Shown one piece after another: positions 1 to 9,461 of a stretch of DNA of 64,000 nucleotides. A model generated the notes under the pieces. It saw only the letters and a program-made list of their open reading frames with translations. It did no database searches and was not told the origin of the DNA. Source of the DNA: Candidatus Omnitrophota bacterium (GTDB lineage: Bacteria; CAIJMQ01). The translations under genes and the position numbers were made by a program. The DNA lies in the NCBI GenBank assembly GCA_018812925.1, contig JAHJCU010000008.1, positions 70,744-134,743 of the forward strand, given 5' to 3'. How positions within the stretch are numbered: position 1 is the stretch's first letter; each line of letters opens with the position of its first letter.

Positions 1-312
1 TTTATTTACATACGCAGAAGCGCCATTTCGCATCGCTTCCGTAGCACTATCTAACGTACCATATCCTGTAATCATTATTATTTCAATATCTTCATCTATT
101 GTTTTTAATTTTTTTAAAAGTTCTATCCCGCTTATTCCCGGCATTTTTATATCCAATAAAGCCACATCAGCCATATCTTCTTTAAATTCTTTTAATATTT
201 CGTCACCTTTGGTAAAAACCGATAAATCGTAATAGTCCTTTAGAATCATTTTTATGGATTCTCTGACACTTTTCTCATCATCCACAATAATTATTTTGTT
301 CTTCTTTTTCAT
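1..312 (-). CDS. response regulator receiver (CheY-like) domain protein; only the N-terminal 104 aa are in the window
   Basis: Manual translation from ATG (complement of 310-312): MKKKNKIIIVDDEKSVRESIKMILKDYYDLSVFTKGDEILKEF...LLDIKMPGISGIELLKKLK. This is a receiver-domain pattern. It is absent from the ORF track because no stop lies in the window. Confidence 0.8.
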   Translation of the reverse strand, partial: MKKKNKIIIVDDEKSVRESIKMILKDYYDLSVFTKGDEILKEFKEDMADVALLDIKMPGISGIELLKKLKTIDEDIEIIMITGYGTLDSATEAMRNGASAYVNK

Positions 313-397
313 CCATTTCCCCTTTCTTGTAGTATATGAGTGTCTTCTTCTATTAACCGCCCCCTTACATTTTATAACATTGAACCAGAGTATTTTC

Positions 398-2794
398 TCA
401 TTTTATACCAAGCTTTTCCATTTTATATGAGAACATTCGTCTACTTATGTTTAATAATTTTGCAGCTTTAATTTTAACTCCACCTGTTTTTTCCAAAGCA
501 TCGATTATCAATTTTTTCTCCATTGAAGACACTTCTTCTTCCAAAGATAGTTGCTTTTTAGAAGAAACGTCTATAGCTTTTGGCTCATTGGGCTTATCTG
601 TCGGTTTAGGGGGAGAAACATCCGTCGGTTCTTGTTCAGACTTACCTTCCAATTTAGAGTTTGAACTTTCTTTTTTTACATCTTCACGTTCTATATCGGG
701 AGCTATCCAACCGTCGGAATATTTTTCGGTTACAGGCAAATTCTTGGGAGAATAAATAGGCACTGCTTCGGATTTATAAACAGGTATAGGAACTTCTTCT
801 TTTTCTGTGGCAATGGGAATAAATACGTCAAAGGTTGTTCCTTTATTAGGCGTTGAGGATATATTACTGCTTCCGCCGTGTTTTTCGACAACCTGTTTTA
901 CAATAGGAAGTCCCAACCCCAACCCTTTTGTTCCTGTCGTAAAAAACGGGGAATAAACTTTTGACATATCTTCAAAATCTATGCCTTTACCGTTATCTTT
1001 AAATGTTATTTGAACCTGTTTCTTGCTATCATCATATGAAGTCTTGACATTTAATCTTCCGCCTGTCGGCATAGCAGACAAACTGTTTTGCATGAGATTT
1101 GAAAAGGCTTCTTTCAATTTATCGCCGTCAAGCAAACACATCGGCACAGAACTAGCAATATTTTTATTAAGATTTATGTTTCGTTTTTTGAACTCTTCTT
1201 GGAATTCTCCCATAGCTTCTTCCAAAATAGAATTGATGTTTTCCATAGAAAGATTAAGTTTCGAAGCGTCAGAAAGTTTTTCTAATCGGTCAACAATCTG
1301 ATTTAACTTGGAAACACTGTCTAAAACCGTTTCGTGGTAATCCTTCACAAAACTTTTGTCTTGGTTTTTTTCAGGCAAAAGTTGAGCAAATGTGCTGATA
1401 GAAACAAGCGGATTCCTTACTCCGTGAGCCATTCTTCCTGCAAGTTCCCTCCAGAATTCTTCTTCTTTTGTTTTGTTCAATTCTTTTTCCAATCTTTTAA
1501 CTTCCGATATGTTCTGGAAAACCATCAAAGCACCTTTGATTCTGTTAGCTTCATCTTTTAAAGGAACTGTGCTGATACCCAGAGAAATATTTTTCCCCGG
1601 ATACACTACCTCATGTCTGTTATAAACTTTTTCATCATAAAGAGTTCTCAACATAATGTCGGCAATTATAGAACCGGCTCTTTGAATATTCTTGCCTATT
1701 AAATCGTCTTTTATTCCAAAAATGTCTTTTGCAGATTTATTTATCGAGGTTATTTTACCTTCCTTATCTATAGTTAAAACTCCCGAAGAAATATTTTTCA
1801 TTATGTCGCAAAGGTGTTCCCTATGTTGAATAATTTCCCTATAAAGGCAGGAGTTTTGAATAGCCAATGCTGTATAGTTGCTCATCATGTATAAAAATTT
1901 CAATTCACCGACAGTAAAATCTTCGCCGGTAATTTTTTTACCCAAACTTAAAAAACCCAAAAGTTCGCTATCGTCAAATAACGGAATACATATCTCCGCT
2001 TCTAAAAGTTCCATTTCTTCTTTAACATAAGACGGAATCAGCTTGTTTTGTTTTGTCAATATTTGACCGTTTTTTAAAAGCCAGCCTGCAATTCCGTCTG
2101 CATCCTTAACTCTAAAATCTTCCACAATATCCTTCTTCATTCTCAAAGCATTTTTGATTTTGTAAAAAGAATTACCCTCTTCTTTTAAGAGAATTGCCAT
2201 TTTCCCTACTTCAAAAACTTCAGACAATGTGGTTACAATCATTCCAAATAATTCTTCCGGCTTAAATATATGGGTCAAAATGCGGGAAAATTTCCTGAAT
2301 GTCTCCTGATAGTAATAGAACAGACGCCGAAATTCTTCCTCGGGTAAGAAATCCTTGTTTTCGGTAAAAATTTCCCTTGATTCCAAATTAGGCTGATTTT
2401 TTTCATTTTCCAAAACCTTGATTTTCTTCATAAGCTGAATTCTTTCATTTGCTCTGGAAATAAGATAAGCAAGTTCTTTTCTTTGGAAAGGTTTGACGAG
2501 CCATTCATAAACTTTGTTTTCCATAAGCTCTTCTCTTGTTCTTTCGTCAGACGTAGAAAGAAGAACTATTGGAATAATTTCCGAAGCAATACTTCGCGCC
2601 TGCTGAATAAATTCCAAAACATCTATCCCTTTTATGGGAGTGTCTAAGATTAAAACGTCAATCTGTTTTTCGTTTATTATCCGCAGCGCTTCTTGAGGAT
2701 TTAAAACGGAAAACAGAAAAAATTTATCATCAAGTATTGCCTTTAATGACTCTTTTATCTGTTTTTGCTCTGCAACAATTAGTATATTTTTCAT
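398..2794 (-). CDS. hybrid sensor: REC-GAF-PAS-HisKA-HATPase_c plus C-terminal Fis-type HTH
   Basis: 798-aa ORF. N-terminal receiver (ILIVAE..DVLILD), H-box MAHGVRNPL, G-box GLGLGLPIV, a P/K/E-rich linker, and a C-terminal LIIDALEKTGGVKIKAAKLLNISRRMFSYKMEKLGIK that resembles the NtrC/Fis HTH_8. Confidence 0.85.
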   Translation of the reverse strand: MKNILIVAEQKQIKESLKAILDDKFFLFSVLNPQEALRIINEKQIDVLILDTPIKGIDVLEFIQQARSIASEIIPIVLLSTSDERTREELMENKVYEWLVKPFQRKELAYLISRANERIQLMKKIKVLENEKNQPNLESREIFTENKDFLPEEEFRRLFYYYQETFRKFSRILTHIFKPEELFGMIVTTLSEVFEVGKMAILLKEEGNSFYKIKNALRMKKDIVEDFRVKDADGIAGWLLKNGQILTKQNKLIPSYVKEEMELLEAEICIPLFDDSELLGFLSLGKKITGEDFTVGELKFLYMMSNYTALAIQNSCLYREIIQHREHLCDIMKNISSGVLTIDKEGKITSINKSAKDIFGIKDDLIGKNIQRAGSIIADIMLRTLYDEKVYNRHEVVYPGKNISLGISTVPLKDEANRIKGALMVFQNISEVKRLEKELNKTKEEEFWRELAGRMAHGVRNPLVSISTFAQLLPEKNQDKSFVKDYHETVLDSVSKLNQIVDRLEKLSDASKLNLSMENINSILEEAMGEFQEEFKKRNINLNKNIASSVPMCLLDGDKLKEAFSNLMQNSLSAMPTGGRLNVKTSYDDSKKQVQITFKDNGKGIDFEDMSKVYSPFFTTGTKGLGLGLPIVKQVVEKHGGSSNISSTPNKGTTFDVFIPIATEKEEVPIPVYKSEAVPIYSPKNLPVTEKYSDGWIAPDIEREDVKKESSNSKLEGKSEQEPTDVSPPKPTDKPNEPKAIDVSSKKQLSLEEEVSSMEKKLIIDALEKTGGVKIKAAKLLNISRRMFSYKMEKLGIK

Positions 2795-5292
2795 GGTTTT
2801 ACGGTTAAAAATTTGTGACTATACGCTTTTAAGAATATCGGCAAATAGATTAAAAAAGTAGTTCCTTTACCCGCTTCGCTTTCGACCGCTATATTACCGC
2901 CATGGTCAATTACAGCGCGATAAACAATAGCCAATCCCAATCCCGTTCCATTATCTTTTGTGGTAAAGAAAGGGTCGAATACCCGCGAAAGATTTTCCGC
3001 AGGAATTCCAATTCCGGTATCCTGAATTTTTAAAAGAATTTGCCTGCCGTTTTCGGTTTTTTCATAAGATGTCGTTATATATAATTTCCCTCCGTTTTCC
3101 ATTACTTCTATCGCGTTAAGTAAAAGATTTAACAGGATTTCGTCAAATCTTGTTTTATCTATGTAATTTTCCGGAATATCGGGGGCATATTTTTTAATTA
3201 TTTTTATACCATAACTGTTAAGTTTTGTGCTCATAAATTTCAAATTTTCATCAATACATTTATGAATATGATTTAGGGTAAAATTAGGAGATTTTGGTTG
3301 GGCAAAATTAAGAAGCCGATGGATAAGGTCATCTATTTTTTTCACCTCTTCGCAGGCAGAAGCGGAAAACTCATTCCTAAATTCAGAGTCGTCATATTTT
3401 TGCGGCAGTAATTCAAAAAAAGTATTGATGGCAACCAAAGGATTTTTAATTTCATGCGCCATACCCGCCGCCAAAGTCCCCACAGTAGCAAGTTCTTCGG
3501 CTCTATTTAACTGGCGCTCCAATGTCCTAATTTCCGTAAGGTCAGCAAGAACCAAAATTACACCATTTATTCTGTTATTCTTTCCCTTTATCACCGCAGT
3601 CCCGACGCCGAGTATCATTGGTTTTACTTTATCCGCATCCGCTTTTTTCTTGTCCCTAATATATTCTATTTCATAGCTGGAAAAACCTTTACCGAATTCT
3701 TCTACATCGACTATAGCTTGAGAAAACTCATCAGGAAGAATCTTTTTATAATTCTTTCCTATAGCTAAAGAAGCTGAAATCCCTGTCATTTGTTGCGCTT
3801 TTTCGTTAAATATACGAATCTTGTCCTCTTTATCCGTAACGATAACCGCATTCGCAAGATTTTTTAAAATATTTTCCTGATATAACTTTGCTTGTTCCAC
3901 CTGAGTATAAAGACGCGCATTTTCAATGGCAACGCCCGCATGATTGGCAAGAGTAAGCAAAAGGTCTATATCTTCTTCCGTAAACATATCCCCTGAAGAC
4001 TTGTTCTTAAGAAAAATTATCCCTGTCAAGATATCTTCTCTAATTATCGGCATTGCCAGGTCTGCTCCGATTTTACCAAGAGAATTTTTCATATCCTGGA
4101 ATTGCTTATCTTCACTTATCCTTTCCCATTCATCTTTAATAACTGCATCCTTTTTCTGTGTCATCCAAACAATAAGGGAATCATTTTTAGAAAGCGCTAT
4201 ACTTTTGTTGGAAAAATTGCCCAATAAAGACTTTACTTTAAATTTATTTGCCTCGCGCAAATAGATAACACCGCCGTCTATACCCATTGTATCCGTTATA
4301 TTCTTTAAAATATATTTCAGTAATCTTGGTAAAGGTAAAACTCTGCTTAATTCCCTACCCATTTGTTTGAGAACTCGTTGATATTCATATTTTTTCTTGC
4401 CGAACATTTTATCAACCAAAGTTTGAATTTTTTCCCTTAATGGCAAAAATATAAATGTTACCAGTAAAGCTGCAAAAACAGCGGAAAAGAAGAAAGTCTG
4501 ATGACCCATAAACATTCTAAATATGCGTTCTGCTAAAAGAACTCCTAACAACAAAACAGCAGTTACTGAACCTGTAAGAAGAGTATATATAGCTGTTTTT
4601 TTGACTATTATGGTAATATCGAATAACCTGTATCGAACAATTGTATAGGTAGTAAATCCTATGATAACCACAGTCACTGTAGGTCCTAGATATATCATTG
4701 CGGAAATATTAAACATAGGCAGAATAACAGTGCCTATTAAAGCAATAGAAGTCGCAATCAGAAATCCGAAAAAATTAAACTTTACCTGTAATTGTTCATA
4801 TTTATTATTTGAAAGTTTCCACTTTTTATACAAAAACCAAAGACAGTAGATCATGCCTATTCCCTCATATACAGCAAATAGAAGATACCAAGAACCCAAT
4901 ACGGGTCGCAGACCTATTTCTGTTATTTGTACACTCTCTTGTATTAATGAAGTAAAACTAAGAATTATAAACAAAACAGACCCAGCACAAAGTAAATATA
5001 AGGGTTTTGTAGATATATTTTTATTTATTTGGGGGAAAACATAAATGAATATAGCAAGTGCTACAGGAATTATAGAGCCAATAGCATAAGCAAATTTACC
5101 AAATGTTGTTACTACTTCTACGTTGTGAGATATAGATATAAGAAAATTAATAAAACTCCATATTACAAGAACAAAAATAAATAATGAAAAAACTCTATTC
5201 TGCAATTTTTTAGGATTTTGCCATATAATATAAATACCAAATCCTAAATTTATTATTATGCACAATAAAAGAAATAAACTTTTAAATTCCAT
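2791..5292 (-). CDS. membrane sensor histidine kinase (multi-TM N-terminus, GAF, PAS, HisKA, HATPase_c)
   Basis: 833-aa ORF with about 7-8 N-terminal hydrophobic helices, H-box MAHEIKNPL and a GTGLGLAIV ATPase motif. ATGA overlap with the downstream kinase gene. Confidence 0.85.
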   Translation of the reverse strand: MEFKSLFLLLCIIINLGFGIYIIWQNPKKLQNRVFSLFIFVLVIWSFINFLISISHNVEVVTTFGKFAYAIGSIIPVALAIFIYVFPQINKNISTKPLYLLCAGSVLFIILSFTSLIQESVQITEIGLRPVLGSWYLLFAVYEGIGMIYCLWFLYKKWKLSNNKYEQLQVKFNFFGFLIATSIALIGTVILPMFNISAMIYLGPTVTVVIIGFTTYTIVRYRLFDITIIVKKTAIYTLLTGSVTAVLLLGVLLAERIFRMFMGHQTFFFSAVFAALLVTFIFLPLREKIQTLVDKMFGKKKYEYQRVLKQMGRELSRVLPLPRLLKYILKNITDTMGIDGGVIYLREANKFKVKSLLGNFSNKSIALSKNDSLIVWMTQKKDAVIKDEWERISEDKQFQDMKNSLGKIGADLAMPIIREDILTGIIFLKNKSSGDMFTEEDIDLLLTLANHAGVAIENARLYTQVEQAKLYQENILKNLANAVIVTDKEDKIRIFNEKAQQMTGISASLAIGKNYKKILPDEFSQAIVDVEEFGKGFSSYEIEYIRDKKKADADKVKPMILGVGTAVIKGKNNRINGVILVLADLTEIRTLERQLNRAEELATVGTLAAGMAHEIKNPLVAINTFFELLPQKYDDSEFRNEFSASACEEVKKIDDLIHRLLNFAQPKSPNFTLNHIHKCIDENLKFMSTKLNSYGIKIIKKYAPDIPENYIDKTRFDEILLNLLLNAIEVMENGGKLYITTSYEKTENGRQILLKIQDTGIGIPAENLSRVFDPFFTTKDNGTGLGLAIVYRAVIDHGGNIAVESEAGKGTTFLIYLPIFLKAYSHKFLTVKP

Positions 5293-5299
5293 TTTCTAT

Positions 5300-6544
5300 T
5301 TAACCCATATATTTTTTCACCACCATACTTGAGTTATTCCCTCCCAAACCATGGGAATTTATAACTACTACACCAACATTATTCTTCCTTGCTTTATTAG
5401 GTACATAGTCTAAATCACATTCCGCATCAGGAAATTCATAATTAATAGTCGGAGGCATAATTCTATCCTTCATAGCCATTAAAGAAGCAATCAATTGCAT
5501 AGGACCCGCAGAAGCTAATGGATTTCCTGTCATTGATTTAATTGAGCTTATAGGAACTTTATACGCATAATCACCGAAGACTTCCTTAATTGCAATCGTT
5601 TCTGCTCTATCTCTTACAATATCTGAAGGAGCATGAGCGCAAATGTAATCTATATCGTCCGGTTTCAAAGAAGATTGTTCTAAAACTTGCTTCATCTCTT
5701 TAACAAATCCTTTACCATTTATATCGTTTTCAAATAAACTAGAAGTTTTTGTATTATCACTATAACCCTTTATTTCTCCGTATATAAAAGCATTTCTATT
5801 AACAGCATGTTCAATTTCCTCTAAAATTACAATTCCTGCGCCTTCACTTAAAACACCACCGCTGCGCTTTGCGTCAAAAGGGCGACTGGTTTTAGCAGGA
5901 TTTCCGTTGTGCGTGGAAAGAATTCCTGTTGCGCATAAACTCCCTAATGTTAAAGGCGTTACAGAGCCGTCCGTTCCTCCTGCAATTGCAGTATCTATTT
6001 TACCTGATTTAATCTCTTCAAATGCAGTTCCTATTGCATCTAACCCACAGGTGCATCCTGTAGATATAGTAATAACCTTACCACTAAAATCTAACTCAAT
6101 TGAAACTTCAATAGCCGCAGAATTCGGGAAATAGGCAACTGAACCAAAAGGGCTCATTTTATGAACACTTTTTTCTCTAAGAACTATATGTTCTCTTTCA
6201 AAAATATCCATTCCCCCCGAAGAAGAACCTATATAAATACCTGCTCGGTTATTATTTAAGGATCCCTTTTCTATTTTAGCATCTTTAACAGCCATCTTTG
6301 CCGAAGCAACCGCAAAATGAGCAAATCTTCCGGTTCTTCTTACTGTTTTAAAATCTAGATATTCAGAAGCATCGAAATTTTTAATCTCACCTGCAATTTG
6401 AATTGGGAAAGAAGAAGCGTCAAATAAGGTAATCTTGCCAATACCGGATCTTCCATTTATTAAAGCATTCCAGAAAGCGTCCTTACCTATACCATTGGGA
6501 GCCACAACTCCGAGTCCTGTTACAACAATTCGCCTTTTACCCAT
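5300..6544 (-). CDS. fabF: beta-ketoacyl-ACP synthase II
   Basis: RRIVVTGLGVVAPNGIG start, active-site Cys context ISTGCTCG, and a C-terminal NSHGLGGNNSS. The start was moved to the MGKRR Met at 6544 (the ORF extends to 6595). Confidence 0.9.
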   Translation of the reverse strand: MGKRRIVVTGLGVVAPNGIGKDAFWNALINGRSGIGKITLFDASSFPIQIAGEIKNFDASEYLDFKTVRRTGRFAHFAVASAKMAVKDAKIEKGSLNNNRAGIYIGSSSGGMDIFEREHIVLREKSVHKMSPFGSVAYFPNSAAIEVSIELDFSGKVITISTGCTCGLDAIGTAFEEIKSGKIDTAIAGGTDGSVTPLTLGSLCATGILSTHNGNPAKTSRPFDAKRSGGVLSEGAGIVILEEIEHAVNRNAFIYGEIKGYSDNTKTSSLFENDINGKGFVKEMKQVLEQSSLKPDDIDYICAHAPSDIVRDRAETIAIKEVFGDYAYKVPISSIKSMTGNPLASAGPMQLIASLMAMKDRIMPPTINYEFPDAECDLDYVPNKARKNNVGVVVINSHGLGGNNSSMVVKKYMG

Positions 6545-6730
6545 ATCGATTGGACAATTTTGTACACTCAAAACAATAGGGTACCATTTTAGCACATTCC
6601 TGTCAAGGAAAATTACTATTCTAATTCCGATGTAACATCAAGATAAGAATAGAGATTTCTATAGGTTTTCTCACAGGTAAGATAGTTTCCTCAAAAAGGC
6701 TTTCTGAAGGAACTTTGTTTGATTATTAGA

Positions 6731-8365
6731 TTAGGATGAAAAGATTCCGTTGTTTATATCTATAACTTCTTTTCTTATTGCTTTTTCGTCTCCGCTTAAG
6801 AAAAGAACTCTATTTTCGTCTCTGAACTGTCTTGGAGACTTTCCCGCATATTTCGCCAATAGAGCCAAATCATCGGAGACAGCAGTAAGTAATCCATTTT
6901 TCTCTAAATTGTCCGTCATTTTTCCTGTTTGAGCAGAGAATTCTTTGAAATTTTTACCGTTGACTTTGTATGGAAGAGGGCTCCAAAATCTTGGAGGAGA
7001 AAATAATTTGATTTTATAATTCATTACTTTTAAAGGATAGGATTCTTTATCAAGCTGTATATTAAAATCAGAAGGATTATTAGCCCATTCGGTTTGAGGA
7101 TAAACTCCGGGAATTTGAACAAGCACCGAATCAGGACAAACTCTGAGGAGCATATCCAGGGTTTCTTTTCCTGTGTCCTCTGTTTCAAAAGGCGCAGGAA
7201 ATATTATACTAACTATAGTAAACAGACCTGATTTCTTAGTTTGCATAAGAACATGTTCAATGTTTTTAGCTTTTACATTTTTGTTCATTGCATCAAGGAT
7301 TTTTTGACTGCCCGATTCCATACCATAAAAAACTGCAAAACAACCTGACTTTTTTAATATTTGAAGGATCTCAGAATCCATACTCCTTATATGAGCAAAA
7401 GATGAATACTCAACTCTTAATTTTCTTTTTATAATTTCTTCAGCAATACCTTTTAACAACTGTGGAGGTGTAGAAGAACCTGCAAATCTAAAAATAGAAA
7501 TTTTTTCTTTATTTAGAAAGTGTACTATTTCGTCCACCAATCTATTGAAAGATTTCATACGCAAATGTCCACTCTTAATAGGATGGATACAGAAATGGCA
7601 TTTATTAGGACATCCCCTACTCTCATCAAGAACAAGCATTTTAATCTTTTCTTCATTTCCTCCCATTGCCTCATACACAGAAGAATCATAAACAGGAAAC
7701 GGCATAGAATCCAAATCCTTTATCCTCTGAATAGGATTGGTAACCATTTGCCTGCCCTTCTTGAAAATCACATTGGGAATACTCTCTAATTTTCTCTTGC
7801 CCTCGACATATTCGGCAAGCATCACTATCGTTTCTTCGCCTTCGCCATACACCAAACAATCAAACGCATCTGTCACCTTGTGAATATTATCTAAAAACAT
7901 GTCTACCTGAGGGCCGCCTGCAAAAACCGGCATATTGGAAAAGTTTTTTTTGATAAGATTCGCAATTATTTTTGACGCTGTGAAACCGTCACCATTCCAT
8001 AGTTTCAAACCGACAAAATCTATCTTGTTAGATTTTATATAAGAAACAATTTCTTCGGCTATTTTATAAAATTCCCGTCTTTGAAAATTTTCCAACTGCC
8101 TAACCGAGAAAAGATAAGGAATAATATAACGTAGCCCTTTTTTCTCTTCAATCAGAATATTCTCGATGTTTTTTTTCATTTTCTTGTGGAATTGTTCCGG
8201 AACAAGTCTTCCTATCATAGAAGTAGTATTCAAATCCATAATTTTTGTAGTATGTCCGTGCTTTAACAAAGATGCGGCTAAATTGGCCAGTCCGTTATCG
8301 GGGAGTAGGCTTGAAGGAGTATATGGGTAACCTGCGAATGTTATAAGAAGACTGTTAGTGCTCAT
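6731..8365 (-). CDS. B12-binding domain radical SAM protein
   Basis: 544 aa. The N-terminal Rossmann-like region is typical of class B rSAM enzymes, followed by the CxxxCxxC cluster motif in ESRGCPNKCHFCIHP. Confidence 0.8.
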   Translation of the reverse strand: MSTNSLLITFAGYPYTPSSLLPDNGLANLAASLLKHGHTTKIMDLNTTSMIGRLVPEQFHKKMKKNIENILIEEKKGLRYIIPYLFSVRQLENFQRREFYKIAEEIVSYIKSNKIDFVGLKLWNGDGFTASKIIANLIKKNFSNMPVFAGGPQVDMFLDNIHKVTDAFDCLVYGEGEETIVMLAEYVEGKRKLESIPNVIFKKGRQMVTNPIQRIKDLDSMPFPVYDSSVYEAMGGNEEKIKMLVLDESRGCPNKCHFCIHPIKSGHLRMKSFNRLVDEIVHFLNKEKISIFRFAGSSTPPQLLKGIAEEIIKRKLRVEYSSFAHIRSMDSEILQILKKSGCFAVFYGMESGSQKILDAMNKNVKAKNIEHVLMQTKKSGLFTIVSIIFPAPFETEDTGKETLDMLLRVCPDSVLVQIPGVYPQTEWANNPSDFNIQLDKESYPLKVMNYKIKLFSPPRFWSPLPYKVNGKNFKEFSAQTGKMTDNLEKNGLLTAVSDDLALLAKYAGKSPRQFRDENRVLFLSGDEKAIRKEVIDINNGIFSS

Positions 8366-8455
8366 TTGATCTTAATTCTAAACTCATCCTGCGACTGTTT
8401 CGAAAGAAGCAAGAGGTATTGTAAAACAGAATGTTAAAACTAAATTTTTACAGAT

Positions 8456-8531
8456 TGGTGGCGAGACCCAGAATCGAACTGGGGACGCCAGGATTTTCAG
8501 TCCTGCGCTCTACCGACTGAGCTATCTCGCC
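8456..8531 (-). tRNA. tRNA-Phe (GAA), CCA encoded
   Basis: Hand-folded cloverleaf: GGCGAGA acceptor, anticodon loop CTGAAAA, T-loop TTCGATT, 3' ACCA. Confidence 0.95.
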
Positions 8532-8568
8532 ATTTCTTTATTTGATGCTTACCATAAACCAAAAATCT

Positions 8569-8593
8569 CTGTCCGCTTTGCAAGCAGGCGGGG
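8569..8593. repeat. GC-rich palindromic element copy (CTGTCCG-CTTTGCAAG-CAGGCGGGG) between two tRNAs
   Basis: Matches the arms and loop of the copies at 16934 and 18059. Confidence 0.8.
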
Positions 8594-8633
8594 ATAACCA
8601 TTTGTCATTAAACGTCATTATATCAAATACTAG

Positions 8634-8707
8634 CGCGCCTGGCAGGAATCGAACCTGCAACCTACGGATTAGAAATCCGTTGCTCTATCCGATTGAGCTA
8701 CAGGCGC
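8634..8707 (-). tRNA. tRNA-Arg (TCT)
   Basis: Hand-folded cloverleaf: GCGCCTG acceptor, anticodon loop TTTCTAA, T-loop TTCGATT. CCA is not encoded. Confidence 0.93.
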
Positions 8708-8754
8708 AGTATTTAACTGGGAATTTTAAAGCAAAATCTCGAATATTTCAATTT

Positions 8755-9387
8755 TCACAAGAAATTAAATATTTCTTGGAGATTGGAAATACTGAAATCC
8801 TTTGTCTTTTCTTCTCTCTGGATAAGAATACTTTTATACCCTGCTTCAAGAGAAAACTCATAATCCAATGTATGATGGTCGCCTATATGCAAAATATCGG
8901 ATGGAGAGGATTTAATAAGGTTCGAGACATGAAGATAAATTTCAGGGGATTTGACTTGCTTAAAATCACTTACCGTTGAAAAGACTTCATCGAAATGGCG
9001 GTCAAATTTTTGGATTTTTTCTTTCAGAAAAATTCGAGGCATACAGGTAATAACGATTATTTTAAATCCCTGTTTTTTTAGTTTTTCCAGAACAGGTAAA
9101 ACATCGGAATATACCTTGATTGATTTTTCTCTTTTCTTGAATATCTCTTTGGCTGATATTGGGATATTGAACTTCTCAAGCCAATATTCAACATTATACC
9201 AGCGCAAATCTTTGTCTCCCAACTTCGCGTATTCGCTAAGACAAAAATCTTTTGCTTGCTTGAAATCCCATTTCCTGCTTTCGGCAACCAAAACAGGAAT
9301 ATCATTTTCCCATATGAGTTCGTTAAACTTTTGTTCAACTAATGTGCCATCTACATCAAAGGAGACAACGCGAATTTTCTTACTCAT
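8755..9387 (-). CDS. HAD-superfamily hydrolase
   Basis: N-terminal motif I VVSFDVDGTLV and a C-terminal HIGDH motif. Confidence 0.8.
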   Translation of the reverse strand: MSKKIRVVSFDVDGTLVEQKFNELIWENDIPVLVAESRKWDFKQAKDFCLSEYAKLGDKDLRWYNVEYWLEKFNIPISAKEIFKKREKSIKVYSDVLPVLEKLKKQGFKIIVITCMPRIFLKEKIQKFDRHFDEVFSTVSDFKQVKSPEIYLHVSNLIKSSPSDILHIGDHHTLDYEFSLEAGYKSILIQREEKTKDFSISNLQEIFNFL

Positions 9388-9461
9388 AGTTTTTCTGGTA
9401 GATATTCTCTCATACTTCTTATAACATTTTCTTTACAGCTTCTAAATTCACGCTCTCAAAT

